A DNA stretch of 64,000 nucleotides from Verrucomicrobiia bacterium (lineage in GTDB: Bacteria; Verrucomicrobiota; Verrucomicrobiia; Limisphaerales; UBA8199), in assembly GCA_036524155.1 (NCBI GenBank), contig DATDCV010000045.1, forward strand, positions 260 to 64,259. Direction: 5' to 3'. The notes below the pieces were generated by a model that did no database searches, had not been told where the DNA came from, and saw only the letters and a list, made by a program, of their open reading frames with translations. This document shows, piece after piece, positions 11,442 to 21,769 of this stretch. Both the position numbers and the translations under genes were made by a program. Numbering within the stretch: the first letter of the stretch is position 1; the number at the start of each line of letters is the position of its first letter.

Positions 11442-12389
11442 ATGCAACGAGAAATTGTAACTGTCGAACGGTTTTACACCAACCACGCCGGCTCGCTCGA
11501 GTTGAACCTGCTGGGTGGCGCCACCGGTCTGAAGCGGCATATCCGCGAACCGACCGTCAACCGCCCCGGCCTGGTTCTGTCGGGGTTCACTCGTTATTTT
11601 GCGTTCAAACGCGTGCAGGTTATCGGCAACGCCGAGGCCTTCTTTCTGAAGTCGCTCCCGCCGGCAGAACGGATGCAACGGTACCAGACGTTCTTCTCCT
11701 TCAAGGTGCCCTGTGTGGTTTTCTCGCGCAACCTGCACCCCGACCGGCTGTTGCTCCAGGCGGCCGAGGAGGCACAGGTGCCCATCTTCCGCTGCCCGCT
11801 CGTGACCATGAAGTTCATCAACCTGGCAACGCTGGCGCTCGAGATGATGTTCGCGCCGCGCGGCACCGAAATGGGCAGCATGGTGGACATCCTGGGAGTG
11901 GGCGTCATCCTGCGCGGCGAAAGCGGCATCGGCAAAAGCGAGAGCGTGCTGGCGCTGCTCGAGCGCGGCTACAGCCTGGTGGCGGATGACATCACCAAAG
12001 TCACCCTCGTCGACGGCCGCGAGGTGGTCGGCACCAGTGCCGAAGTCACGCGGAACCACATGGAAGTCCGCGGCATCGGCATCATCAACGTCGCCGCCAT
12101 GTTCGGTGTCCGCAGTATCCGCCACGAAAAGCGCGTCGACCTCGTCATTACCCTCAAATCCTGGAACGAGGTGGAAGATGTCGAACGCCTGGGCATAGAG
12201 CAGGAATACGTTCAGATCCTCGGAATCGACATTCCCCACATCACCATTCCTGTCCGGCCCGGCCGCGACCTCGCGCGTCTGATCGAGGTCGCCGCTTTCC
12301 ATACCAAGCTCAAAGCCTCAGGCCACAATCCCGCCAAAGAGCTCAACGACCGGCTCATTTCCCGCATGGCCGCCGCCACCAAGCTGTAG
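11442..12389 (+). CDS. hprK: HPr kinase/phosphorylase
   Basis: GESGIGKSE P-loop, EVRGIGIINV motif. ATG 11442 preceded by aggag. Confidence 0.92.
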   Translation: MQREIVTVERFYTNHAGSLELNLLGGATGLKRHIREPTVNRPGLVLSGFTRYFAFKRVQVIGNAEAFFLKSLPPAERMQRYQTFFSFKVPCVVFSRNLHPDRLLLQAAEEAQVPIFRCPLVTMKFINLATLALEMMFAPRGTEMGSMVDILGVGVILRGESGIGKSESVLALLERGYSLVADDITKVTLVDGREVVGTSAEVTRNHMEVRGIGIINVAAMFGVRSIRHEKRVDLVITLKSWNEVEDVERLGIEQEYVQILGIDIPHITIPVRPGRDLARLIEVAAFHTKLKASGHNPAKELNDRLISRMAAATKL

Positions 12390-12440
12390 TTTTTGTTGGC
12401 TTTCATCCGGCTGGTCGGCTACCTATAGGCAGAATGCGGC

Positions 12441-12740
12441 ATGAGCGCCAAGAAGCTAGGTGATGCCGGCTCGAATATGAGCCGGGATTTTATGGTGAGT
12501 AACAAGCTGGGCATCCACGCCCGGCCGGCGGCCATGTTTGTCAAAACCGCCAACCGCTTCCGCTGCGATATCTTTGTCGAAAAGGACGGCGAAAAAGTCA
12601 ACGGCAAGAGCATTATGGGACTCATGATGCTCGCCGCGGGCCCGGGCAGCAAACTAACCGTCAGCGCTCATGGCCAGGACGCTTCGCAAGCGCTCGCCGA
12701 GCTCGAGACGCTCATCATAAGAAAGTTTGACGAAGAATAA
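12441..12740 (+). CDS. ptsH: Phosphocarrier protein HPr
   Basis: GIHARPA (His15 site) and GKSIMG (Ser46 site). Alternative start at ATG 12477. Confidence 0.9.
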   Translation: MSAKKLGDAGSNMSRDFMVSNKLGIHARPAAMFVKTANRFRCDIFVEKDGEKVNGKSIMGLMMLAAGPGSKLTVSAHGQDASQALAELETLIIRKFDEE

Positions 12741-12787
12741 CCCCCCGGCTCGACCCCGGCGGGCCGAGGTTTTCCCCCCAGCCGCCA

Positions 12788-13075
12788 ATGCCAGAAGTTG
12801 ATCTCGACGTCAAATACGTGGCCCACCTGGCGCGACTTTCCCTCACGCCCGAGGAAGAAAAGACTATCGGCGCGCAACTCGCCGGCGTGTTGGGTTATAT
12901 CGAGAAGCTCAAGGAGGTGGATGTGTCTGGGGTCGAGCCCACCGCGCACGCGTTTCCGCTCGTCAATGTGGCCCGGCCCGATGTGGTGCGCCCGTCCCTG
13001 AGCCACGAGGACGCCCTCCGCAATGCGCCCGCCCACGCCAACGGCTTGTTCATCGTGCCGAAAATCGTCGAGTAG
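12788..13075 (+). CDS. gatC: Asp/Glu-tRNA amidotransferase subunit C
   Basis: 95 aa, VAHLARLSLTPEEE...VDVSGVEPT matches the GatC pattern I know. Confidence 0.9.
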   Translation: MPEVDLDVKYVAHLARLSLTPEEEKTIGAQLAGVLGYIEKLKEVDVSGVEPTAHAFPLVNVARPDVVRPSLSHEDALRNAPAHANGLFIVPKIVE

Positions 13076-13107
13076 ATTCTCGAGCGCGGCCGGCGCACCG
13101 CAATCGG

Positions 13108-14379
13108 TCAGGGTGTTGAAAGATACGGAATCGTCAGTGGCCCTTGCGGAAGCACTGCGATTCGGGTTCCGTCCTGATTTTTGCCCCGCAAGAGCGCTGT
13201 GACCGTCGTGGAGATGCTCCGGCAGGGCGTCAAATGCGCGGCGCGAACCGTTTCATCCGGCAGGGAACTATGGAGCAGCACCCGGGCTCTTCGTTGAACC
13301 AGCGCCTGGATCTGCGCCTGCCATTGGTCGGGCACTGTTGGGCTGCCGGCCGCGAGCCGGGTCAACACCTCTTCCGGGGCGGACGCGCTCCGCAGGATAC
13401 CCTCAAAGCTCGAGCCGGCCGGGACCCCTTCGCGGCATTCGCAGGCGAGGATCAGCGTCCCGCCGGGTTTGACCACACGCGCCCCGGCGCTCATGCCCTT
13501 GACCCCCTGGTACAGATTCAGGTCGAGCGGATAGCCGCTGTTGGTCGTAATGACGAGATCGAACGGCGCGTCGAACTTCTGCATCGCCGATGTCCTCACA
13601 AACTCACACCCCAACCGGTGCGCCGCCAGCAGGTCGCCCGCAAACACGCCCGTAATCTGGCGCGCTTCGTTGAGCGTAACGTTCAAGAGAAAACTCGGGC
13701 CGGGCCGCAGCGCGATGTCGCGCATTTCCTCCCACAGCGGGTTGCCCCGAGTGATGCCGAAAGTCGCGTTCGGGTCGCGGATGTTGGCGGCTCCGTGGTT
13801 GCTCATGATCGTCTGCAAACCGGCCACGCCCGGCATGATGCCTTTGGGGCCGCCGCTGAAACCGGCAAAGAAATGCGGCTCGATAAAACCGGTGACGATG
13901 CGCACGTCGGCATTGACAAAATGGCGGTTCAGGAGCGCGGGCGTGCCGTCGCGGGTCGTGCCGAGCGGGATCAAATCTTCGAGCGCCTGTCCGTCGTGGT
14001 TAAGGACGCGATGGCTGCGCGCCGCCGCGGGCGTGAGCATGCGGTCCAGCTCCGCGGGCGTATTCGGCCGGTGGGTGCCGACGGAATTGAGCAGGGTGAT
14101 GTTCTCGCGCGGCACTTCCGCCAGGTAATCGAGCAGCCAGGGAATGAGGCGGTCGTTCGGCGTCGCGCGCGTGAGATCGGTGAAGACGATGCAGACCCGG
14201 TTGCCGGGCTGGATCCACTCCCGCAGCGGGCGGGCCGCAATCGGCTTTTCCAGGGCGGCCACAACCGCGCCTCGCTCGTCCGCGAGACCAGCGACCGGCG
14301 ACGGCTCGATGAGCGTGGTGTTGCCCTTCGGCAAGTCCACCGCCAAATGCCCCTGACCGTATGCCAGGTTGACTTTCAT
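13108..14379 (-). CDS. Lactate racemase (LarA)-like / DUF2088 family protein
   Basis: 423 aa. LarA-family N-terminal layout (KVNLAYGQG...VCIVFTDLTRATP...GTHR). Confidence 0.75.
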   Translation of the reverse strand: MKVNLAYGQGHLAVDLPKGNTTLIEPSPVAGLADERGAVVAALEKPIAARPLREWIQPGNRVCIVFTDLTRATPNDRLIPWLLDYLAEVPRENITLLNSVGTHRPNTPAELDRMLTPAAARSHRVLNHDGQALEDLIPLGTTRDGTPALLNRHFVNADVRIVTGFIEPHFFAGFSGGPKGIMPGVAGLQTIMSNHGAANIRDPNATFGITRGNPLWEEMRDIALRPGPSFLLNVTLNEARQITGVFAGDLLAAHRLGCEFVRTSAMQKFDAPFDLVITTNSGYPLDLNLYQGVKGMSAGARVVKPGGTLILACECREGVPAGSSFEGILRSASAPEEVLTRLAAGSPTVPDQWQAQIQALVQRRARVLLHSSLPDETVRAAHLTPCRSISTTVTALLRGKNQDGTRIAVLPQGPLTIPYLSTP

Positions 14380-14383
14380 TGGG

Positions 14384-15277
14384 TCAGGCGGTGAGGTTGA
14401 GGTTCTTTAGGACGCGCACCGTGGAGGTCGCTTTGTTCAGCGTGTAGAAATGAATCCCGGGCGCGCCGTTGCGCAACAGCTCTTCACATTGCCGCGTGGC
14501 ATACTCGATCCCGAACTCAGCGACAGCGGCGTCATCTTGCCCCAGTTCGTCCAGCCGGGCCGCCATTGGGGCCGGGATGCGGGCGCCGCACATCGCCGTG
14601 AAGCGCTTGATTTGTGAGGCGCTGAGAATCGGCACGATGCCCGGCACAAGTGGAATCGTGATCCCATGCTCCCGGCGCATATGGTCGCGGAACTCGAAAT
14701 AGTCCTGGTTGTCGAAAAAGAGCTGGGTAATAGCGAAATCGGCGCCTGCCCCGATCTTCTGCTTAAGATACCGCCAGTCGGCGTGTTTGCCTTCTTTGCA
14801 GGCGACGTGGCCTTCGGGGAAAGCGGCGACTCCGACGCTCAGGCCGTCGTGCTGCTCGCGAATGAACCGAACCAGTTGGCTGGAGAACTCGAACCCGCCG
14901 GGAGTCGGCTGGAACTCTCCCCCGCCCGGCGGATCGCCTCGCAGGGCGAGGACGTTCTTGACGCCCAGCGCGCGAATCTGGCCCAGCAATTCCGCGATCT
15001 GCTCGCGAGTGGCGGACACGCACGTCAGGTGCGCGACGGCCGTCAAACCGTGGCTGCGCTGAATCCGATCCACAATCATCAGGGTTTTGTCGCGGGTGCT
15101 GCCGCCGGCGCCGTAAGTGACGGAACAATAATCCGGCCGGGTCTTGAGCAACGCGGGGATTGTCTTTTCCAGCAGGTTGCGGTCCCCCTCGTCGGTTTTC
15201 GGCGGGAAAAACTCGAACGAAATCACCGGTTGGCCGGCGGCACGCTTGGCGGCGTAAATGTCACGGATGAACTGCAC
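14384..15277 (-). CDS. metF: 5,10-methylenetetrahydrofolate reductase
   Basis: ISFEFFPPKT, SVTYGAGGSTR motifs. GTG start. Confidence 0.92.
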   Translation of the reverse strand: MQFIRDIYAAKRAAGQPVISFEFFPPKTDEGDRNLLEKTIPALLKTRPDYCSVTYGAGGSTRDKTLMIVDRIQRSHGLTAVAHLTCVSATREQIAELLGQIRALGVKNVLALRGDPPGGGEFQPTPGGFEFSSQLVRFIREQHDGLSVGVAAFPEGHVACKEGKHADWRYLKQKIGAGADFAITQLFFDNQDYFEFRDHMRREHGITIPLVPGIVPILSASQIKRFTAMCGARIPAPMAARLDELGQDDAAVAEFGIEYATRQCEELLRNGAPGIHFYTLNKATSTVRVLKNLNLTA

Positions 15278-15617
15278 GGCCAGTAAGATGCGCGAAATGG
15301 CCTAAAAAGCCAGCCCCCAGCGCCAATGACCGGCTTCACCCGGCGGGGACCGGGGTTAGTCGTTGAATGGCAGCGTCCCACCACCCGCCAAAAACATTCG
15401 CGGCCTGCCAAGCGCGGAACGCATTATCACTGCAGTGGACAGCCGGATGAATCACGAGGTGTCGCTGGTGATCTATGGCCGGCCGCCATCGCCCTGAGCT
15501 TGGAGGATGCGTTGGCGGATGTCGTGATTCCTGATCTCGCTGAGTTGCGCGCCGCCTTCGGGCGCGCCAAACAGCGCGCTGAATCGACGCCGGAGGCACC
15601 GGACACCGCAGAAGACG

Positions 15618-15728
15618 TACCCCCTCGGTCTTGAGTCGGAGCGCCGAGTTGCACTCGGCTTACCCTCGGCCGTCGGCTCGCTTAAGCCGATTAGAAATCG
15701 GCGCTCCGACCCAAGACTGAGGCGATAC
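15618..15728. mobile_element. MITE copy 2
   Basis: Same 111-bp element, flanked by a perfect direct repeat cagaagacg (15609-15617 and 15729-15737). Confidence 0.9.
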
Positions 15729-15755
15729 CAGAAGACGAACAATCTATTTGATCCT

Positions 15756-17735
15756 TTGCCCCCTTCCCATCATCAATCGCGTGGTATGCTCTGGCCCATG
15801 AACTCTCCGCTGCGACCGCGTTTATTCGTGCTTTGCTTGATGCCCATGCCCCTGATCGCCGGGGCGATTCCCGATGCGCCGTTCTGGCAGGACGTCGCGA
15901 TGCGCATCCACCACGCCCCGGAGTTGACCAACGCCATTTATAAGAAGCTCTGCGTCGACAAAGAAAACACTGTTTACGTGCTCACAGATAAGGGCGTCGC
16001 GCGCATGTTCGATGGCACGCTGGCCTTGGACAAAAGTTATCGGCCGCTTGCTGGTAAAACCGCCCATGATATTACCCTGACGCCGCAAGGCGACCTGGCC
16101 TATCAGTTTGACGAGGGCTGGCTATCGAACGGCGCCACCAGCAATGAAAACTTCGATCCGAGGCCCGCATGGTTGAGCCTGCCACCGGCCTTGAAGGCTC
16201 AGCCGGGTGTGCCCTGGCCGGAATTGACCTCGCGGGCAATTGTGCCGGGCGGAGTTTGGTTCGGCACTACTCGCGGAGCGTTCTTTCAGCGCGAGGGCAC
16301 CAACTCCCGTTACGCGATTCCCTCGGCGCCTGGTATTGAGCCGCCGCGCTTCCGTTATTATGCAGGCAAACGCTGGCTGCGTGACGACCGCGTTATGGAT
16401 ATCGCGGTCGACCACGATGGCCATCTGTGGGTGCTGACGCGGACCGGGCTGAACAAAATCGATTTTCGCCGGACCACGCTCGCGGCGAAGGCCGATTGGT
16501 TCCAGCGCAAGATCCGGTCCCGGAACATACGCTACGGGTTCACGGCCGAGCGCCGCCTGCCGGTCCCGGGCGACATTGCCTCCAGCGAGATGATCGACAC
16601 CGACAACGACGGCGGCTGGACGAGCTATTACATCGGGTCGCTTGCGGCACGTTACGCCGTTACCCACGAGCAGGAGATTCGCCGGCAGGCCTGGGAATCT
16701 TTCGCCGCGCTGGAACGGCTGCAGAGCATTCACACCAACACCGGTTTCCCCGCCCGCACCTTCGAGCGCAAAGGCTTCAAGGTGTCAGACCCCGACCGCT
16801 GGCGCGATGCGCCCGACCCCGGCTGGGAATGGAAGGGCCACACCAGCAGCGACGAGGTCACCTCGCAAGCCTTCGCTCATGCGGTCATGTGGGAGCTCGT
16901 GGCCACCAACACAGCCGAACGCGCCCGAATTGCCACCAATTACGTGCGCATCGTAGACCACATTCTCGCGCGTAACCTGTATTTGGTCGACGTCGACGGC
17001 AAGCCAACGCTCTGGGGCCGCTGGAATCCCGAATACGTGAACTGGTTCCCACTCACTATCCACGACCGCCAGCTCAACAGCGCCGAACTCACCGCGTTCC
17101 TGCAACTCGCCTTTGCGATGACCGGCAACAACCGCTACCGGGATAAAGCTTTCGAGATGTTCGACAAACACGGTTATCTCACGAACATTCTCAGCCCGCT
17201 GAAACTCATCGCGCCCACAACCGGATACGTGCACCAGGGCAACGACCTGGGGGACGAGTGGAACCACAGCGACGACGAGCTGTCTTTCTTCATTTATTGG
17301 CCACTCGTGCGTTTCGCGTTCAGCGAGGAGCTGCGCTCGAAATATCTCGGGGTCGTCCGGGAACACCTGGAAATCGAGCACCCGGAACGTTACCCGATTT
17401 GGAATTTCATCGCCGCCGCCTGCGGGGTGCAGAACTTCGACGCCGCCGGCTCAGTCTGGACTCTGCGCGGTGTACCCCTCGACACGATCGCCTGGCGCGT
17501 CACCAACTCACACCGGCAGGACCTGACGAAGCTGCCACCCAACTTCATGGCACGCCAGTCGAAGGAACTGCTCCCCCCCGGGGAACGTCTGATGGCGCGC
17601 ATCAACACCCAGCCGTTCATTCTCGATGCGGGTGACGACGCCACAGACTTCCCGGGCGACGAATTTCTGCTGGGCTACTGGTTAGGTCGTTATGTGGGCG
17701 CGATCGGCGCGCCCGGAGTGTTGCAGGTGAAATAA
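15756..17735 (+). CDS. Hypothetical secreted protein
   Basis: 659-aa ORF with a hydrophobic signal-like N-terminus (LFVLCLMPMPLIAGA). No family assigned. Start may be 15786 or 15798. Confidence 0.6.
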   Translation: MPPSHHQSRGMLWPMNSPLRPRLFVLCLMPMPLIAGAIPDAPFWQDVAMRIHHAPELTNAIYKKLCVDKENTVYVLTDKGVARMFDGTLALDKSYRPLAGKTAHDITLTPQGDLAYQFDEGWLSNGATSNENFDPRPAWLSLPPALKAQPGVPWPELTSRAIVPGGVWFGTTRGAFFQREGTNSRYAIPSAPGIEPPRFRYYAGKRWLRDDRVMDIAVDHDGHLWVLTRTGLNKIDFRRTTLAAKADWFQRKIRSRNIRYGFTAERRLPVPGDIASSEMIDTDNDGGWTSYYIGSLAARYAVTHEQEIRRQAWESFAALERLQSIHTNTGFPARTFERKGFKVSDPDRWRDAPDPGWEWKGHTSSDEVTSQAFAHAVMWELVATNTAERARIATNYVRIVDHILARNLYLVDVDGKPTLWGRWNPEYVNWFPLTIHDRQLNSAELTAFLQLAFAMTGNNRYRDKAFEMFDKHGYLTNILSPLKLIAPTTGYVHQGNDLGDEWNHSDDELSFFIYWPLVRFAFSEELRSKYLGVVREHLEIEHPERYPIWNFIAAACGVQNFDAAGSVWTLRGVPLDTIAWRVTNSHRQDLTKLPPNFMARQSKELLPPGERLMARINTQPFILDAGDDATDFPGDEFLLGYWLGRYVGAIGAPGVLQVK

Positions 17736-17782
17736 TCTGCCTTGCGTTTAGGGCAAAACCCGGCGTCTGTAGCGGGAGGTGG

Positions 17783-18772
17783 TTAGTTGACGACGTTTTG
17801 TGGTGTGCCGGCGAGGAACGCGCGAGCGTTTTCCACCGCGACGTTCAGTAATCGAGCGCGCGCGGCGCCTGTGCCCCAGGCCAGGTGCGGGGTGATGATG
17901 CAGTTCTTTGCGCGCAGCAACGGATTTTCCGGGCTCGGCGGCTCGGACGACAGAACATCAAGGCCCGCGCCGCCGAGCCGGCCGGAATTTAACGCGGCGG
18001 CCAACGCAGACTCGTCGATCAAACCGCCGCGGCCGGTGTTCAACAGGAAACCAGACGGCTTCATCCAGGAGAGCCGCTGGGCGTTCACGAGACTGGCAGT
18101 TTGGGGCGTCAGCGGGCAGTGCAGTGAGACGACATCGCTTCGCCGAAACAGAAATTCGAGATCGACGAAGGTCACAAACGGAGGGGCGCCATTGGCGGTT
18201 CGGCTGGTCGCAAGGACCTTCATGCCCAGCGCGTTGGCGAGCCCCGCAACTGAGCGGCCGATCCGGCCCAGACCAATGATTCCCATTGTCAGGCCGTCCA
18301 GTTCCACCAGCGGAAAGTCCCAATAGCAGAAATCCGGGTTGGAACACCAGCGGCCCTCGCGCACGGTGCGCGCGTGGTGGCCCGTATGATGGGTCAACTC
18401 CAGCAGCAGCCCCAACGTCGCCTGCGCCACGGATCCTGTCGAATAGGCGGGAACGTTCGTTACGGGAATGCCCCGCTCGCGGGCGGCGGCCAGGTCGACC
18501 ACATTGGTGCCCGTAGCCAGCACGCCGATATAGCGGAGGTCGGGAAGTTGCTCGAGGTGCTCGCGCTGGATGATGGTCTTGTTCGTCAGGACCACGGCGG
18601 CAGTCCGCGCCCGGACGACGACTTCAGCCGGAGCCGTGCGCTCATAAATGCGGCACTGGCCAAGCGATTTCAGCGCGTCCCACGAGAGGTCCCCAGGGTT
18701 CAACGCGTAACCATCCAACACCACGATGTTGATGGCTTGGCCCGCGGCGGTGTTCGGTGCTGCCGTGCTCAA
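17783..18772 (-). CDS. D-isomer-specific 2-hydroxyacid dehydrogenase (glycerate/hydroxypyruvate reductase-like)
   Basis: GIIGLGRIGRSVA NAD-binding motif and overall family architecture. Confidence 0.88.
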   Translation of the reverse strand: MSTAAPNTAAGQAINIVVLDGYALNPGDLSWDALKSLGQCRIYERTAPAEVVVRARTAAVVLTNKTIIQREHLEQLPDLRYIGVLATGTNVVDLAAARERGIPVTNVPAYSTGSVAQATLGLLLELTHHTGHHARTVREGRWCSNPDFCYWDFPLVELDGLTMGIIGLGRIGRSVAGLANALGMKVLATSRTANGAPPFVTFVDLEFLFRRSDVVSLHCPLTPQTASLVNAQRLSWMKPSGFLLNTGRGGLIDESALAAALNSGRLGGAGLDVLSSEPPSPENPLLRAKNCIITPHLAWGTGAARARLLNVAVENARAFLAGTPQNVVN

Positions 18773-18775
18773 CGT

Positions 18776-19882
18776 TCAGTGTCTGACGGACGACGGTGCG
18801 GCCCTCCGGTAGCGGTAATAGGCGGCGCAAGCGCCCTCCGAAGAAACCATCGGTGCGCCGAGCGGATGCTCCGGGGTGCACTTGTCGCCGAACGCCGGGC
18901 ATTCGTCGGGGCGGATTTTGCCTCGCAGAACCTGGCCACTTTTGCATTCCATCGGTTCTTCCACCCGCAAATCGGCCAGGTGGAATCTCCGCCCAGCGTC
19001 GAATCCGGCGTAAGCCTCGCGCAGACCCAGGCCGCTCCTGGGAATCTCACCGATGCCCCGCCATTTGCGCGCGGTGACTTCGAAAACCTGCCGGATCAAT
19101 TGTTGCGCGGGCCGGTTGCCTTCGCGGCGCACCGACCGGCTGTATTGGTTTTGCACCTCCGCCCGGCCGCTTTCCAGTTGCGCGACGCACATCAGCACGC
19201 CCTGCAAAATATCCACCGGCTCGAACCCGGTCACGACAATCGGCACCCGGTAAGCCGCGGCCAGCGGCACATACTCTTCGTAGCCCATCACGGTGCAGAC
19301 ATGGCCGGCCGCCAAGAAGCCCTGCACCCGGCAGTCGGGCGCCGCCAAAATCGCTTCGATTGCCGGCGGCACAAGGACATGTGACACCAGCAACGAAAAG
19401 TTCTTCACGCCGTTCCGGTCGGCCTGGTAGACCGCCATCGCCGTAGCCGGGGCGGTGGTCTCGAAACCGACCCCGAAAAAGACCACTTCCCTCGACGGAT
19501 TCTGCTCGGCGATCTTAACGGCGTCGACCGGTGAATAGACGATACGGACGTCGGCACCCGCGGCTTTGGTCGAAAGGAGGTCACTGGCGCTTCCCGGCAC
19601 GCGCAACATGTCGCCAAAGGAGCAGAAAATCACGTTGGGCGTGGCGGCGATGCCGATGGCTTTGTCGATCAGCTCGAGCGGGGTCACGCAGACGGGACAT
19701 CCCGGGCCATGGATGAGGGTGATGGCTTTCGGCAGCAGTTCGTCGATACCGAACTTCACGATCGCGTGCGTCTGCCCGCCACACACCTCCATGAGCGTCC
19801 AGGACCGCGTCGTGATGCGCGCAATCTCCCGGGCGTATCTGCTGGCCGCATCGGCATCCCGATATTCGTCGAGGTACTTCAT
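18776..19882 (-). CDS. hypD: [NiFe]-hydrogenase maturation protein HypD
   Basis: [11 protein letters not shown] and [10 protein letters not shown] motifs. ORF 18776..20038 trimmed to ATG 19882 (MKYLDEYRD). Confidence 0.9.
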   Translation of the reverse strand: MKYLDEYRDADAASRYAREIARITTRSWTLMEVCGGQTHAIVKFGIDELLPKAITLIHGPGCPVCVTPLELIDKAIGIAATPNVIFCSFGDMLRVPGSASDLLSTKAAGADVRIVYSPVDAVKIAEQNPSREVVFFGVGFETTAPATAMAVYQADRNGVKNFSLLVSHVLVPPAIEAILAAPDCRVQGFLAAGHVCTVMGYEEYVPLAAAYRVPIVVTGFEPVDILQGVLMCVAQLESGRAEVQNQYSRSVRREGNRPAQQLIRQVFEVTARKWRGIGEIPRSGLGLREAYAGFDAGRRFHLADLRVEEPMECKSGQVLRGKIRPDECPAFGDKCTPEHPLGAPMVSSEGACAAYYRYRRAAPSSVRH

Positions 19883-19913
19883 CTGTCGCGCACCGGAGTT
19901 GGCGGCTTTGCTT

Positions 19914-20195
19914 TCATCCTTGCGCCGGGCTGTTGGCCGGCCCAGCCGGCTTGTCCTCCAGCTCGGCCAGTTCATCCATTTCCCGCAGATACTCGAAGAC
20001 CTTGAGTGCTTCCTCTTCGTCAACCCGGCTGATGGCAAATCCTACGTGAACGATCACGTAATCGCCGACTCGCGCTTCGGGCACATAGGCCAGGCTGGCT
20101 TCCTTCGAGATACCGCCGAAGTCTATCTTACCAGTCCGCGTCAGCGGATCCTCGCCGCTGATGCTCAGAATTTTTCCGGGAACAGCCAAACACAT
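19914..20195 (-). CDS. hypC: Hydrogenase maturation chaperone HypC/HupF
   Basis: [10 protein letters not shown]-terminus with the essential Cys2. ATG at 20195. Confidence 0.88.
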   Translation of the reverse strand: MCLAVPGKILSISGEDPLTRTGKIDFGGISKEASLAYVPEARVGDYVIVHVGFAISRVDEEEALKVFEYLREMDELAELEDKPAGPANSPAQG

Positions 20196-20254
20196 CAACT
20201 AAGCTTACACGTCCCGAACGACCGGTGCAATGGCCTGCCCGGAACGCATAACAA

Positions 20255-20336
20255 ATCTCACTCGGGTTATGTGCGGCCGTCGATAGGCTTAAGCCGACTA
20301 GAAATCGGCGCTCCAACTGTCGGCTGAGGCGGCACC
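20255..20336. mobile_element. Truncated/degenerate MITE copy (right half)
   Basis: ...ttatgtgcggccgtcgataggcttaagccgactagaaatcggcgctccaactgtcggctgaggcggcac. The left terminal repeat is missing. Confidence 0.6.
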
Positions 20337-20429
20337 GTCAGGCCGCAATTGCGCCTTGACAAACGGCCGGCTTTTTGGGACAAGGGCTGAAGTTATATCG
20401 AGAATCAAATCCTTTCATCCCCTTACCCT

Positions 20430-21767
20430 ATGAAACGTTCCTTCACTTCGGCGGCGCGTTACCTGGTGGTTTGTTTGCCGTTGCTGGCTGGATTGCCGGC
20501 GGTGGTCTGCGTCTCGGAGGCGGCGCCGACCATCGTCTCGACCGTGCCCGCCAACATGGCCACCGGTGTTTCGCCGTCGGCGGCGATCGTCGTTACCTTC
20601 AGCGAGGCGATGGATCCGAACGCCACCTCCGCCCAGTTCATGGACGTGACCACCACTCAATTCCTCACCACGTTCAGCTTTGCCTGGAGCAGCGCCAACA
20701 AGGTGCTGACGTGCACCCCCACCACGCCCCTGCCCGCAGGACACATGATCTATTGGATGGTCGATGGGAGCAACCCCAGTGGGACACCGCTTGGCGGCAC
20801 TCCCGCGGGAATGTTCACGGTCGCGACCGCCGCTGGGACCGGGTGCGACCCCAACGCGCCGATGGCTTCGTTCACGGTTTCCAAGGGGTGGCTCTATGCC
20901 CAGGCCGATGCCGGGGCGCCTACCCTCGACCCTAATTCGCCCTTTTGCTTTCTGGCCTGCACGACCTTGCCCTGCCCGCGCAACGCCACCAACGTCAACC
21001 TCCAGGCCCCCTCGGGCGCCACGGCCAACATGAGTCTCTCACCGCTGCCCGGGCATCTCACCCTCACGGAGTGCGGCTTTGCAGGCCCCGCTGCCCTCGA
21101 TGCGGCCTATGCACCTGGCAACTATGTGTTCAATATTCAAGCCGTCGGATCCAACCAGGCCGTGACGCTGAATTTTCCGGCGAGCCTGACACAACCGCCG
21201 GCGCCGCACCTTGCCAATTACCTTGCAGCCCAGTCGATCAATCCCGCCCAACCGTTCACGCTTGCCTGGGACCCCATGAGCGGCGGCTCCACCGCCGACT
21301 GGATTTATGTCGAAATTTATGGCGGCGCTTTTAAGACGCCGAGCGTCGGCGAGGCCGGCGCGCTCAACGGCACCGCCACCGGGGTGATCATTCCCGCCGG
21401 CGCACTCCAGCCCAATCAGTCCTATTCCGGTTCTGTCACTTTCTACCACTACCTGCTTCTTACCAACGGGGCTTCGCATCTGGCGTTGACCTATCGGGCC
21501 TCGATCACTGAGTTCGACCTGAAGACATCTGCCGCGACGAGCACGCTGATCCTCGCCAACCCCGTTTGGGCCGGGCCCGGCCATTTCAGCTTCGAGGTCA
21601 ACTGCTCCACCGGCCAGTCGCTCGTGGCGGAATACTGTGCCGATCTGGCCTCACAACAATGGGTTACTCTTTGGTCAACCAACAGCCCGTCGCAGCGCGT
21701 GCGGTTCACCGACCCGCAGGCCGCGACCAGCGGCCACCTGTATTATCGCGTGCGCACCGGCCCGTGA
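20430..21767 (+). CDS. Secreted protein: SbsA/Big_5-like Ig domain N-terminus plus YRV...P-COOH C-terminal domain
   Basis: Signal peptide. APTIVSTVPANMATGVSPSAAIVVTFSEAMDP is Big_5-like. C-terminus ...SQQWVTLWST...GHLYYRVRTGP. Confidence 0.85.
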   Translation: MKRSFTSAARYLVVCLPLLAGLPAVVCVSEAAPTIVSTVPANMATGVSPSAAIVVTFSEAMDPNATSAQFMDVTTTQFLTTFSFAWSSANKVLTCTPTTPLPAGHMIYWMVDGSNPSGTPLGGTPAGMFTVATAAGTGCDPNAPMASFTVSKGWLYAQADAGAPTLDPNSPFCFLACTTLPCPRNATNVNLQAPSGATANMSLSPLPGHLTLTECGFAGPAALDAAYAPGNYVFNIQAVGSNQAVTLNFPASLTQPPAPHLANYLAAQSINPAQPFTLAWDPMSGGSTADWIYVEIYGGAFKTPSVGEAGALNGTATGVIIPAGALQPNQSYSGSVTFYHYLLLTNGASHLALTYRASITEFDLKTSAATSTLILANPVWAGPGHFSFEVNCSTGQSLVAEYCADLASQQWVTLWSTNSPSQRVRFTDPQAATSGHLYYRVRTGP

Positions 21768-21769
21768 GG

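Noticed and set aside
15278-15420. Possible riboswitch or attenuator upstream of metF (a weak hairpin followed by ttttt ~25 nt before the GTG start on the minus strand).
   Set aside because: I could not fold a convincing terminator stem or match any SAM or THF riboswitch consensus by eye. A covariance-model scan (Rfam/Infernal) would be needed.
15326-15634. ORFs in the metF upstream spacer, including a 16-codon 'MNHEVSLVIYGRPPSP' start that resembles a glutaredoxin-like (DUF836) N-terminus and might mark a frameshifted pseudogene.
   Set aside because: No cysteine pair is recoverable in any frame. The similarity is too short. The region also contains a MITE. The evidence is insufficient for a pseudogene call.
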